From IMG/VR virus record IMGVR_UViG_3300034118_002091, positions 1 through 29,424 of that record: DNA of 29,424 bases; one strand, given 5' to 3'. Positions 1 to 7,789 of the stretch are shown piece after piece (the first letter of the stretch is position 1; each line of letters starts with the position of its first letter). Both the position numbers and the translations under genes were made by a program. The notes below the pieces were generated by a model. That model was not told the origin of the DNA. It did not search any database and was given only the letters and a program-made list of their open reading frames with translations. The DNA is from a virus (taxonomy: Duplodnaviria; Caudoviricetes).

Positions 1-1
1 A

Positions 2-124
2 GGTGTGGCCGTTGAACCGCACGATGCGCGAGAGCGCGTGTGCGATGTCGTCGACTCGGACCATGTCCGGCTTCGGATCGAGAAGGTCGAAGGGAATCCC
101 GCTCACCGTCTGCACCCACGTCAC
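2..124 (-). CDS. YfdR-like HD-domain phosphohydrolase (5'-deoxynucleotidase-like), N-terminal part only; not in the ORF track
   Basis: GTG at 124 overlaps the upstream stop (GTGA) and follows GGAGG. Reads MTWVQTVSGIPFDLLDPKPDMVRVDDIAHALSRIVRFNGHT, with the typical D-IAHALS-x-x-x-RFxGH signature. Confidence 0.85.
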   Translation of the reverse strand, partial: MTWVQTVSGIPFDLLDPKPDMVRVDDIAHALSRIVRFNGHT

Positions 125-342
125 GCATCACCTCCACGCACCACGAAGGCAGCGCGGCGCACCGCGCTGCGAAACACGGGGTCGGCGGACAGCGCGGCGA
201 TCGCCGCGACCATGCCGAGGTTGCTCGCGGTAGGCAGCGCAGCGCGCACGCGCCCGCCGCCGCCGCACTCGCAGGTGCGCGCGCCCGTCTCGGTGCACGG
301 CTCGAGGCAGAGCGCGCACCACGTCACGGAGCCGCGGCTCAT
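121..342 (-). CDS. Small hypothetical protein with Cys cluster (possible Zn ribbon)
   Basis: ATGA/GTGA overlaps at both ends; CALC...C...CECGGGG. Confidence 0.65.
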   Translation of the reverse strand: MSRGSVTWCALCLEPCTETGARTCECGGGGRVRAALPTASNLGMVAAIAALSADPVFRSAVRRAAFVVRGGDA

Positions 343-683
343 CGCGCGTGCTCCGCGTTGCGGAACAGGTCGGCCAGCGCCTCGGCGAGGTCGGCGCCCG
401 AGCCGTAGAGGATCGGCGCGCCGCGCCGCTCGCCAGCGATCCGCACCGCGTGCCCATCGGCGGGCACGAACGACGCGTGCATGCGCGTGATGCCAGCGGC
501 ACGGATGCGCCGCTCGGTGGCCAAGAGCGACGCGGCAACCGCGCGCTCGAGCAGCTCGGCCGGCATCGGCTCGCGCGGCGTCATGGCCCCGCCCGCGCGC
601 GGCATGTCCGCCAGCGCGAGGATCGGCCGGTGCGGTGCGCGCGCGCTGGGGCGCCGCACGAACGGAACGACCGGGCCGCTCAC
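339..683 (-). CDS. Hypothetical early protein (alternative start ATG 584)
   Basis: GTG at 683 overlaps the stop of 680..1180 and its stop overlaps the start at 342; C-terminal part reads as natural protein. Confidence 0.6.
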   Translation of the reverse strand: MSGPVVPFVRRPSARAPHRPILALADMPRAGGAMTPREPMPAELLERAVAASLLATERRIRAAGITRMHASFVPADGHAVRIAGERRGAPILYGSGADLAEALADLFRNAEHAR

Positions 684-1180
684 GCCGCCCTCCCGAAGAG
701 CAGCACGGTGCTCAGCGGCAGCGTGCCCGCGCCATCGCACGTCGTGCACGCCACGTGGCGTGCGTCGGCGCGCTCGGTGCCGTCGGGCCAACGCTCGCAG
801 TCGTAGCCGCGCCCGGCGCAGTCGTAGCAAGGCGCGGTCGCGGCAGCGACGCGCGCGGCGATGCGGCGCGATCGCTCACGCGTCGCGCGGCCGTAGCGCA
901 CGGTGCCGGGGCCACCGGGAGCGACGCGCGGCGAGGAACTGCGCGAGAAGCGCCAGTACTCGACGTCCTTGAGGTTGCGCGCGTGCTCGATCTCGACCGC
1001 GAGCTCGGCCGGCGTCATCGCGCACAGTTGCTCGTCGGTGGGCGCGCTCGACGCGGGCACGAGCCCGCGACCGTGGCAGTGGGTGCAGCCGTCGCCCTCG
1101 CAGCGCGCGCACGCCTCGTCGTCGTTCCCCGTGTCGATGTGGTCCGCCGAGTAGCGGGCCGCCTGCGTCGTCGTGCTCAT
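680..1180 (-). CDS. Protein with four DnaJ-type CxxCxGxG zinc-finger repeats; first gene of the leftward operon
   Basis: CARCEGDG, CTHCHGRG, CYDCAGRG, CTTCDGAG; GGAGG upstream of ATG 1180. Confidence 0.8.
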   Translation of the reverse strand: MSTTTQAARYSADHIDTGNDDEACARCEGDGCTHCHGRGLVPASSAPTDEQLCAMTPAELAVEIEHARNLKDVEYWRFSRSSSPRVAPGGPGTVRYGRATRERSRRIAARVAAATAPCYDCAGRGYDCERWPDGTERADARHVACTTCDGAGTLPLSTVLLFGRAA

Positions 1181-1227
1181 CCGGGCCTCCATCGCCGCGC
1201 ATCGCGTCGTGCGGTGCGTCGTGGCGA

Positions 1228-1276
1228 TAGCAGGTTTCTACTGGACCTCGGCCGGACCTGCAACAGTTTTCTGTTT
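1228..1276 (-). promoter_or_regulatory. Leftward early promoter (PL-like) with two 16-bp operators (1228-1243, 1261-1276)
   Basis: Minus strand TTGCAG(1263-1258)-17 bp-TAGAAA(1240-1235); operators TAGCAG-gttt-CTACTG and CAACAG-tttt-CTGTTT; near-identical to the element at 2711-2759. Confidence 0.85.
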
Positions 1277-1463
1277 GGCCGTGTGAGATGGCTCACGGTA
1301 GGCCCTGCTCGGGTCGTGGATGCTCGGTGTGCCGTCGACGTGGGACGGGGAGGTCACCGTGAAGCTGTTGATCTGGGCGTCCGTGATCGAGCCGGATGCG
1401 GGGCCGAGGGACGCCTCGTAGAGCGTGTCAGTCCGAGCCCGCGCGGATCGACGATCGATCCGT

Positions 1464-2123
1464 ATGGCAGGACCGGAGGAGTGGGAGGGCGCAGCCGCTG
1501 AGCTGCTCGATGCGACGTGCACGACCGCGCCAGTTGACGCGCTGGAGCTCGCCGCGGCGTGCGGCCTCGAGGTGCGCACTCGCCCGCGCGCCGGCGCCAT
1601 GCTCGACGGATCGCTGCTCTGGGTCGAAGAGCGCGCGCGCCCTGAGCGCTTCCAGGGGCTCATCGCGCACGAGCTCGGCCACGTGGCGCTCGACCGCTCG
1701 CGCCTGCCGCAGAGCGAACGTGGGGCGACGTATGTGGGCGGCGCGCTGCGCCTGCCTCGGCGCGAGATGCTGCGCGACCTTCGCGAGACCGCGTGGTCGA
1801 TCGCGGCGCTCCGTGAGCGCCATCCGCACGCGAGCGCAACGGCGATCGCCGTGCGCATCACGCAGCTGCGCACGGCCGCGATGGCACTCTTCGACGTCGC
1901 GGGGCGCGTGCGTCCATGGCGCGTCGCCGGCGAGAGCATCGGGCGCGACCTCGCCGCGCGTCCAACCGCGCTCGAGCACGAGCTCGCGCTCGAAGCGTGG
2001 CAGGAAGGGCGCGAGGTGCGCCGCGGCGAGCTCGTCGTGGCCACGCCGCTGCGAGACTACGCGCCCGGCGAGCACCGTGTGCTCGTCGTCGGGCACGCGG
2101 CCGAGCTCAGGGCGGCCGCGTGA
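1464..2123 (+). CDS. ImmA/IrrE-family (DUF955) Zn metallopeptidase, putative antirepressor
   Basis: PVD..LA N-terminus, R-F..IAHELGH (HEXXH), downstream E..A...GGALRLP, HTH-like AS.TAIAVR segment; adjacent to an XRE repressor. Confidence 0.9.
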   Translation: MAGPEEWEGAAAELLDATCTTAPVDALELAAACGLEVRTRPRAGAMLDGSLLWVEERARPERFQGLIAHELGHVALDRSRLPQSERGATYVGGALRLPRREMLRDLRETAWSIAALRERHPHASATAIAVRITQLRTAAMALFDVAGRVRPWRVAGESIGRDLAARPTALEHELALEAWQEGREVRRGELVVATPLRDYAPGEHRVLVVGHAAELRAAA

Positions 2124-2128
2124 GCGGC

Positions 2129-2674
2129 TCAGCGGCGAGGCTTCGCGGGTGGGAGGCGACGTTGCCCGCGCGCCTCGTCGATCTTGGTCGGGAGCGGCTC
2201 GCCCCGTCGCTCGACGACCTTGCCAGCGTCCTCGGCGAGCCACCCGCGGTGAGCTATCTCGAACGCCCCGATCGCCATGTCGCCACTGCTGAGACGGATC
2301 GAGCGAAGACGCTTCGCGTGCTCGTCGCTCACGGGCCGCCCGATGGCCGCCTGCCCGGCGATGTAGGCCTCGGCGTTCGGGGTCCCGCGAGCGTCGTCGC
2401 GGTCCACTGTGCGCCCGACGAAGTCGCGGTAATCGGGCGCGTCGCCGAGCGACTCGTCGGTGAAGAACCGAGGTCGGATGTCGAACGCTTCGATCATCCG
2501 CGCGATCTTGTCCTCCTTCGGACACGTGACGCCGTTGATCCACTGTGTGACGGCGGACTGGCTGTAGCCGAGGCGCTTCGCGATCGCGTCTTGCGCCTGC
2601 CCATCCCGGCCATTCATCTGGACGAGGGCGGCACGCATTCGCCGTCCGCCAAGGGGCCAATGGGTCGCCGTCAT
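2129..2674 (-). CDS. CI/ImmR-like XRE-family repressor
   Basis: HTH QDAIAKRLGYSQSAVTQWING..CP; divergent from the cro-like gene; no recognisable S24 autopeptidase domain; start may be 2674 or a later Met. Confidence 0.85.
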   Translation of the reverse strand: MTATHWPLGGRRMRAALVQMNGRDGQAQDAIAKRLGYSQSAVTQWINGVTCPKEDKIARMIEAFDIRPRFFTDESLGDAPDYRDFVGRTVDRDDARGTPNAEAYIAGQAAIGRPVSDEHAKRLRSIRLSSGDMAIGAFEIAHRGWLAEDAGKVVERRGEPLPTKIDEARGQRRLPPAKPRR

Positions 2675-2759
2675 CAGAAACTTACTAGCGGTGGTGCACG
2701 GAGCACGTCCAACTAGTTTTCTGTTGCACTCGCCGCGCGCGTCCAGTAGAAAGCTGCTG
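2672..2759. promoter_or_regulatory. Genetic switch region: three 16-bp operators (2672-2687, 2711-2726, 2744-2759), rightward PR-like promoter and probable leftward PRM-like promoter
   Basis: CATCAG-aaac-TTACTA, AACTAG-tttt-CTGTTG, CAGTAG-aaag-CTGCTG; TTGCAC(2724-2729)-17 bp-TAGAAA(2747-2752); TAGTAAGTT on the minus strand just before the repressor ATG. Confidence 0.85.
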
Positions 2760-2761
2760 GT

Positions 2762-3049
2762 ATGCCCGACGATGTCGAACGGTTGCCCGCTGTCGAGCGG
2801 TTCAAGGCATGGCGCGCGTGGCGCGGATGGAGCCAGTCCGAGGCGGCCGCCGCACTGGGGTGCTCGCAGGCGCTCGTGAGTCAGATCGAGCGGGGCGACG
2901 CTGTCGTCTCCAAGCTCGCGCTCGCCGTCCGCATCGAGCACGCCTCGAAGGACTGGCCCGAGGGGCCGATCCGCGTCGCTGAGTGGGTGGCTGCCGACGA
3001 GCACCCCACCACCATCGCCACGCCCGCCGACCTGCCGGAGTGCGCGTGA
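2762..3049 (+). CDS. Cro-like XRE HTH regulator
   Basis: WRAWRGWSQSEAAAALGCSQALVSQIERG; first gene after the PR-like promoter. Confidence 0.9.
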   Translation: MPDDVERLPAVERFKAWRAWRGWSQSEAAAALGCSQALVSQIERGDAVVSKLALAVRIEHASKDWPEGPIRVAEWVAADEHPTTIATPADLPECA

Positions 3050-3561
3050 GCAGCGCGCCCACCACTGCGCAGGCGCGTCGTGAGGCGCGAAGGTCCACCT
3101 GGGCCGTCTTCCTGCACTCGCTGCTCGCGCCCGCGGGCGCGGTGTCGCAGGCCGAGGCCGCGCGCCTCACGGGCGCGGGGCTCACCAAGATCGCGCAGTG
3201 GTGCTCGCCCGAGCACGCGTCGCAGATGCCCGTGAGCGACGTCGAGGCGCTGCCGGAGGCGGCGCGCATCGCCGTCGTCGAGCGCATCCTCGGGCCCGGC
3301 TACCGCGTCGCGCGCGTCGAGGCCGAGGCGAGCGTCGGCGACGACCTGCGCGCCATGGCGCGCATCGCTCAGCAGGGGGGCGAGGTCGTGGCGCGCTATG
3401 CCGCCGCGCTCGCTGACGACGACATCTCGCCCGAAGAGGCGGGGCAGATGCTGCCCGTGGTGCGCGAGCTCGCGCGCTCGCTCGCGACGCTCGAGCACGA
3501 TCTCGTCGAGACGGTGAAGGAGCGTGGCCGGCGGCGGCTGCGCGCGGTGGGTGGGCGATGA
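3046..3561 (+). CDS. Phage regulatory protein, CII (186/CP76)-like
   Basis: GTGA overlap with cro; N-terminal HTH-like region and C-terminal GEVV...AALADDDISPEEA motif; position after cro. Confidence 0.7.
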   Translation: MSSAPTTAQARREARRSTWAVFLHSLLAPAGAVSQAEAARLTGAGLTKIAQWCSPEHASQMPVSDVEALPEAARIAVVERILGPGYRVARVEAEASVGDDLRAMARIAQQGGEVVARYAAALADDDISPEEAGQMLPVVRELARSLATLEHDLVETVKERGRRRLRAVGGR

Positions 3562-3719
3562 CCCCGCCCGCCAAGACCTGCGTCGATGTCTTCGCCGATG
3601 CGCTGGCCGCGCTCGCCGAGCTCGTCGGCGCGCTGTTCGAGCTGCTCGCAGCTCTCATCAACCTCGCGCTCAGCATCGCGTCGATCGACCGATCGCTCGA
3701 GCGCGCGTTCGCCGACTGA
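3558..3719 (+). CDS. 53-aa hydrophobic/amphipathic helical protein (not in the ORF track)
   Basis: ATGA overlap; MTPPAKTCVDVFADALAALAELVGALFELLAALINLALSIASIDRSLERAFAD; fills the gap to the next RBS. Confidence 0.65.
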   Translation: MTPPAKTCVDVFADALAALAELVGALFELLAALINLALSIASIDRSLERAFAD

Positions 3720-3734
3720 CCACCGAGGAGACCC

Positions 3735-4136
3735 ATGCCGCCGACGAAGAAGACCGAAGACAGGGAAGAGGGCCCGCGCGCGTTCGCGCGTGTGCTCGAG
3801 CAACTCAACGACGGTGAGGCGCACCGCGACCTCTCGGCCGAGCTATTCGAGCTCGTGGGCAAGCTCCAGGACGAAGCGCTCGCGCGCGACTCCGAGGTGA
3901 AGGGCGAGCTGAGCCTCAAGCTCGTGTTCAAGGCGGGCCCGCACGGGCGCGTCGAGACGACCTACGAGGTCAAGAGCACGGCACCGCCGCGCAAGACCTC
4001 GCGCGGCATCATGTACATGACGAAGGCGGGCAACCTCTCCGTCGAGAACGAGCGCCAGCCGGTGCTCCCGGGCATCCGCGCGGTGGGCCCCGCGCGTGAG
4101 CTCGACGAGGACCGCGCACCCGCGAAGGAAGCGTGA
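3735..4136 (+). CDS. YfdP-like conserved phage protein (usual partner of DUF2303)
   Basis: GAGGAG RBS; F..L..L.DG.....LS..L, KGELSLKL, G.LS.EN.RQ..L pattern; directly upstream of a DUF2303 gene. Confidence 0.75.
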   Translation: MPPTKKTEDREEGPRAFARVLEQLNDGEAHRDLSAELFELVGKLQDEALARDSEVKGELSLKLVFKAGPHGRVETTYEVKSTAPPRKTSRGIMYMTKAGNLSVENERQPVLPGIRAVGPARELDEDRAPAKEA

Positions 4137-5065
4137 TCGCCATGACCGAGATGCGAACGGACGCACAGGCGATCATCGAGGCGGTGCGGGAGCTCCATGG
4201 CGCCGAGGTTCTCGACGACCAGGTGGACGCGTGCCTCGCGGGTGAGGTTGTCGTCCTGCCGAAGGGCATGACGGTCCAGGACCTGCGCCCGCTCGTCGAC
4301 GCGCGCCTCGAGGCGCCCAGGCGCACGAAGGGCACCGCACGCCACACGACGCTCGCGTCGTTCATCGACGCGGTGAACCGCTTCAAGGTGTGCGACGGCG
4401 GCGAGGCGCGCCTCGGCACCGCGGTCTTCGCTGTCGACGACATGGCGGCACCGAAGCTGCTCTGCGTGGTCGACTATCACGGGCACGACCAGGCGCAGTT
4501 CTGCGAGCACCTCATCGAGTACGCGTTCCCGCTGAGCGACGAGTGGCGCGCGTGGCAGGCGGCGTTCGCATCGAAGGGCATGTCGCAGGCCGAGTTCGCG
4601 GCGCTGCTCGAGGACCGCATCACGGACGTGATCGAAGTCGGTGCCGTCGGCGAGCGCGGGCAGAAGATGGCCGAGAGCCTGGGCCTCTCGCTCGCGGGCA
4701 GCGCGAGCGTGCTGACGCTCTCACGCGGCATCTCGATCAAGGCCGAGACGCGCGTGAACAGCATCACGAACCTGTCGACCGGCGAGGGCAAGATCCTCTT
4801 CGAGGAGAAGCACGGCGACGAAGGTGGCGGCGCGGTGAAGGTGCCGGGCGGCTTCGTCGTCGGCATCCCCGTCGTGCGCGGCGGCCCGCTCTTTCAGGTC
4901 TTCGTGCGCATCCGCTACCGCCTGGCGGGCGGAGCGATCGTGTGGAGCTTCACACCCCATCGGCTCGACGCGGTCTTCCGCGCCGCCTTCGAGGAGGCCT
5001 GCGGCCAGGTGCGCGAGCAGACCGGCGTCCCGCTCTTCTACGGCACGCCCGAGCGCGAGCGCTGA
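4133..5065 (+). CDS. DUF2303 (YfdQ-like) family protein
   Basis: P.R.KGTA..TTLASFI..VNRFK, VVDYH, S.EW.AW, MSQAEFAALLED, VPGGF..GIPV..GG, R+RYRL, P+FYGTPE. Confidence 0.88.
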   Translation: MIAMTEMRTDAQAIIEAVRELHGAEVLDDQVDACLAGEVVVLPKGMTVQDLRPLVDARLEAPRRTKGTARHTTLASFIDAVNRFKVCDGGEARLGTAVFAVDDMAAPKLLCVVDYHGHDQAQFCEHLIEYAFPLSDEWRAWQAAFASKGMSQAEFAALLEDRITDVIEVGAVGERGQKMAESLGLSLAGSASVLTLSRGISIKAETRVNSITNLSTGEGKILFEEKHGDEGGGAVKVPGGFVVGIPVVRGGPLFQVFVRIRYRLAGGAIVWSFTPHRLDAVFRAAFEEACGQVREQTGVPLFYGTPERER

Positions 5066-5113
5066 GCGTACCGGGCGACACGTGCGCCCGGCTGTTCTGC
5101 CCACTCGATCGCG

Positions 5114-7789
5114 ATGGTGCGCTCGAGTGGGAGTGATGTCCCGCAAGACGACAACCCCCAAAACAACCCAGCTCGCCGCACGCAAACCTCGGGCGGCGGG
5201 CACCTCTCGGCGCCGATGGCGATGAACGACACCACGAGCTCGACGACATCGCGGCAAGGGCAGCTCATCGCGCTGCCGGCGCGCAAGCGCTCGCTGAGCG
5301 AGGCGCATCGCCTCCACCTTGCCGCGTCGGGGCTCACGGACGAGAGCATCGCCATCGGCGGCTTCTACACGGAGCGCGATCCTGGTTCGATCGCCGGCAT
5401 CCTGCATTGGCGCAGCTGGCCGCGCGGGCGCGGCGATGTTCTCGTCATCCCCTTTTCGCTACCGGGCCAGAGCGAGCCCTTCTTCGCGCGCGTGCGCCCC
5501 GACCAGCCGCGCGCGAACGAGAAGACAGGCAAGGTCGTCAAGTACGAGCAGCCCAAGGACACGCCGATCGCTCCCTACTTCCCGGCGCGGGCAATCGCTG
5601 GCGGGTGGCTCGCCGACGTCGCGCGCCCGCTGGTGTTCACCGAGGGCGAGAAGAAGGCGGCGCTGCTCGATCAGCTGGGCTTCGCCGCCGTGGGTGGCAC
5701 CGGCGTCTCGTGTTTCCACGACGCGCAGCACCGCCACGACGAGGGCAGCTACCGCCTGCACGAGCTCATCCGCAAGCACGTCGTCGTGAACGGGCGCACG
5801 TGCTTCATCGCGTTCGACTCGGACGCCAAGAGCAACGACCAGGTGATGCGGTCGGCGGACGTGCTCGCGGCGATGCTCCGGTCCGAAGGCGCATCCGACG
5901 TGCGCTTCGTCGAGATTCCCGAAGGCGATGGCGGAGCCAAGCTCGGCATCGACGACTTCTTCGTGCGCGCCGGCGAGGCGCCCACGCGCGCGCTCTTCGA
6001 GACTGCGGCCTCGGTGACCGGCCAGCTGGGCGGGGACCGCTTCACGCTGCTCACGAGCTTCCGCGCGCTCGCCGGCCTGCCCGTCGACGAAGCGCTCCGC
6101 ATGCCCTCGGGCTACGACCTCGGTCGCGCAGGCGAGCTCACGAGGTGGACCGACGAGGGTAAGGCCGAGGTCGTCGAGCGCGCGCCCATCTTCATCGCGC
6201 GCTTCGTGACCGACCTCTACACCGGCCACGAGAAGGCCGAGCTCGTGTTCCGCCGCGCGGGCGGGTGGCGCACGGTGCAGGTCGAGAGGCGGGCCATCGC
6301 CGACTCACGCATGCTCGTCGCCGAGCTCGCGCCCGTGGGCGGCCCCGTCGACAGCAACACGGCCAGCGACGTCGTGCGGTGGCTGCGTGACTTCGAGGCG
6401 GTGAACGAGCGCCGCATGCCACGCGCCACATCGCTCGGGCGATGTGGGTGGCACCGTGTCGACGAGCACGTGGTGTTCGCGCTCGGCGGCGAGGTGCTTG
6501 CACGCGAAGGCGCGGACCCGAGGGTCGTCGTCGAGCGGGGAGCTGACCGCGCGCGCCTGTGGCGAGGGCTCCATGTCGCGGGGAGCTACGAGGGGCACCT
6601 CGAGGCGCTGCGGCGAGCGTGGGATGCCTCGCCCATCTGCGCGGCCGCCATCTGCGCTGCCCTCGCTGCGCCTCTCCTGCGTCCGCTCGCGGCCCCGCTC
6701 TTCGCAGTGCACCTCGCGGGCGACAGCTCGAGGGGCAAGTCCTCGATGCTCAAGGTCGCCGCGAGCGTCTACGGAGCTCCGCAGGATGAGGAGTGGGTCA
6801 CCTCGTGGAACGCGACCTCAGTGGGCCACGAGGTGCGCGCGTCGCTGCTCTGCGACCTCCCGCTCTGCATCGACGAAGCGGGCGTCGTGGAGCCGAAGGA
6901 ACGGGAGCGCGCGGTCTACATGCTCATCAACGGCGTGGGGCGTGTCCGCGGCGCGAAGGAGGGCGGGCTTCGCGAGGGGCACTCGTGGCGCACCGTCGTG
7001 CTCTCGACGGGCGAGCGCATGCTGGCCGAGCAGGAGGCAGCAACAGGCGCGCAGGTGCGCGTCCTGCAATTCCTCGTGAGCGGGTTCGGCAGGCTCGATG
7101 CGCCGGGTGTCGACGGGCTGCGGCGCGCGTGCGAGGAGCACCACGGACAGGTGGGCATCGAGTGGCTCGGCGCGCTGCTCGAGACCACCGACGAGGAGTG
7201 GGTCGCACACCGGGCGGCGCTCAGGGCACGCACCAAGGCGCTACAGGAACGAGCGCGCGAGCCGCTGCGGGCTCGACAGGCGGGCTTCTTCGCGTTGCTC
7301 GAGCACGTGGAGGCCATCGCTCACTCGGTGCTCGGCATCGGTCGAGAGAACGGGGCCACGATGAGGGCCCTCTTCGAGACGCCTGGCGACGCGGGTGTCG
7401 TCGTGCAGACGGCGGCCGCGCGTGCGCTCGACACGGTGCGCGAGTGGCTCGCGCGCTCCCCGCGCAGCTTCCCGCGCCTCGTGACGAGCTCGTCGGGGCA
7501 GCGCGTGCCCAAGCGCGACGGGCCGCAGAGCGATGTCTGCGGATACGTCGACGATCACGACAACGAGGTCTTGCTCGTGCCCGGCGCGCTGCGGGGCTAC
7601 CTCGGTGAGCGAGGGATGGACGCGAACATCGTCACGCGCGAATGGCGGGCAGCGGGCCTCTTGCGGTGCGACGAGGGCCTGTGCACCACGACCGCGCGCA
7701 TCGACGGCAAGAAGGTCCGCGTGATGGCGCTCGGCGGCGAGCACGCCGGCCTCGAGGAACCCAACACCGACTGGGGTGGCGATGGGTAG
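5114..7789 (+). CDS. Primase-helicase: DUF3854/Toprim-like primase fused to a DUF927 (Cch-like) helicase with C-terminal winged helix; true start possibly 5216 or 5222
   Basis: KYEQP, TEGEKKA, IAFDSD, KLGIDDF (Toprim); GW, Walker A GDSSRGKS, Walker B LCIDE, G.GR.R, W..V+LSTGE, GA.VR (DUF927). Confidence 0.9.
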   Translation: MVRSSGSDVPQDDNPQNNPARRTQTSGGGHLSAPMAMNDTTSSTTSRQGQLIALPARKRSLSEAHRLHLAASGLTDESIAIGGFYTERDPGSIAGILHWRSWPRGRGDVLVIPFSLPGQSEPFFARVRPDQPRANEKTGKVVKYEQPKDTPIAPYFPARAIAGGWLADVARPLVFTEGEKKAALLDQLGFAAVGGTGVSCFHDAQHRHDEGSYRLHELIRKHVVVNGRTCFIAFDSDAKSNDQVMRSADVLAAMLRSEGASDVRFVEIPEGDGGAKLGIDDFFVRAGEAPTRALFETAASVTGQLGGDRFTLLTSFRALAGLPVDEALRMPSGYDLGRAGELTRWTDEGKAEVVERAPIFIARFVTDLYTGHEKAELVFRRAGGWRTVQVERRAIADSRMLVAELAPVGGPVDSNTASDVVRWLRDFEAVNERRMPRATSLGRCGWHRVDEHVVFALGGEVLAREGADPRVVVERGADRARLWRGLHVAGSYEGHLEALRRAWDASPICAAAICAALAAPLLRPLAAPLFAVHLAGDSSRGKSSMLKVAASVYGAPQDEEWVTSWNATSVGHEVRASLLCDLPLCIDEAGVVEPKERERAVYMLINGVGRVRGAKEGGLREGHSWRTVVLSTGERMLAEQEAATGAQVRVLQFLVSGFGRLDAPGVDGLRRACEEHHGQVGIEWLGALLETTDEEWVAHRAALRARTKALQERAREPLRARQAGFFALLEHVEAIAHSVLGIGRENGATMRALFETPGDAGVVVQTAAARALDTVREWLARSPRSFPRLVTSSSGQRVPKRDGPQSDVCGYVDDHDNEVLLVPGALRGYLGERGMDANIVTREWRAAGLLRCDEGLCTTTARIDGKKVRVMALGGEHAGLEEPNTDWGGDG

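Noticed and set aside
1320-1421. 33-codon plus-strand ORF (MLGVPSTWDGEV...) before the protease
   Set aside because: No SD, no motif, too short to support; may be only spacer or promoter DNA
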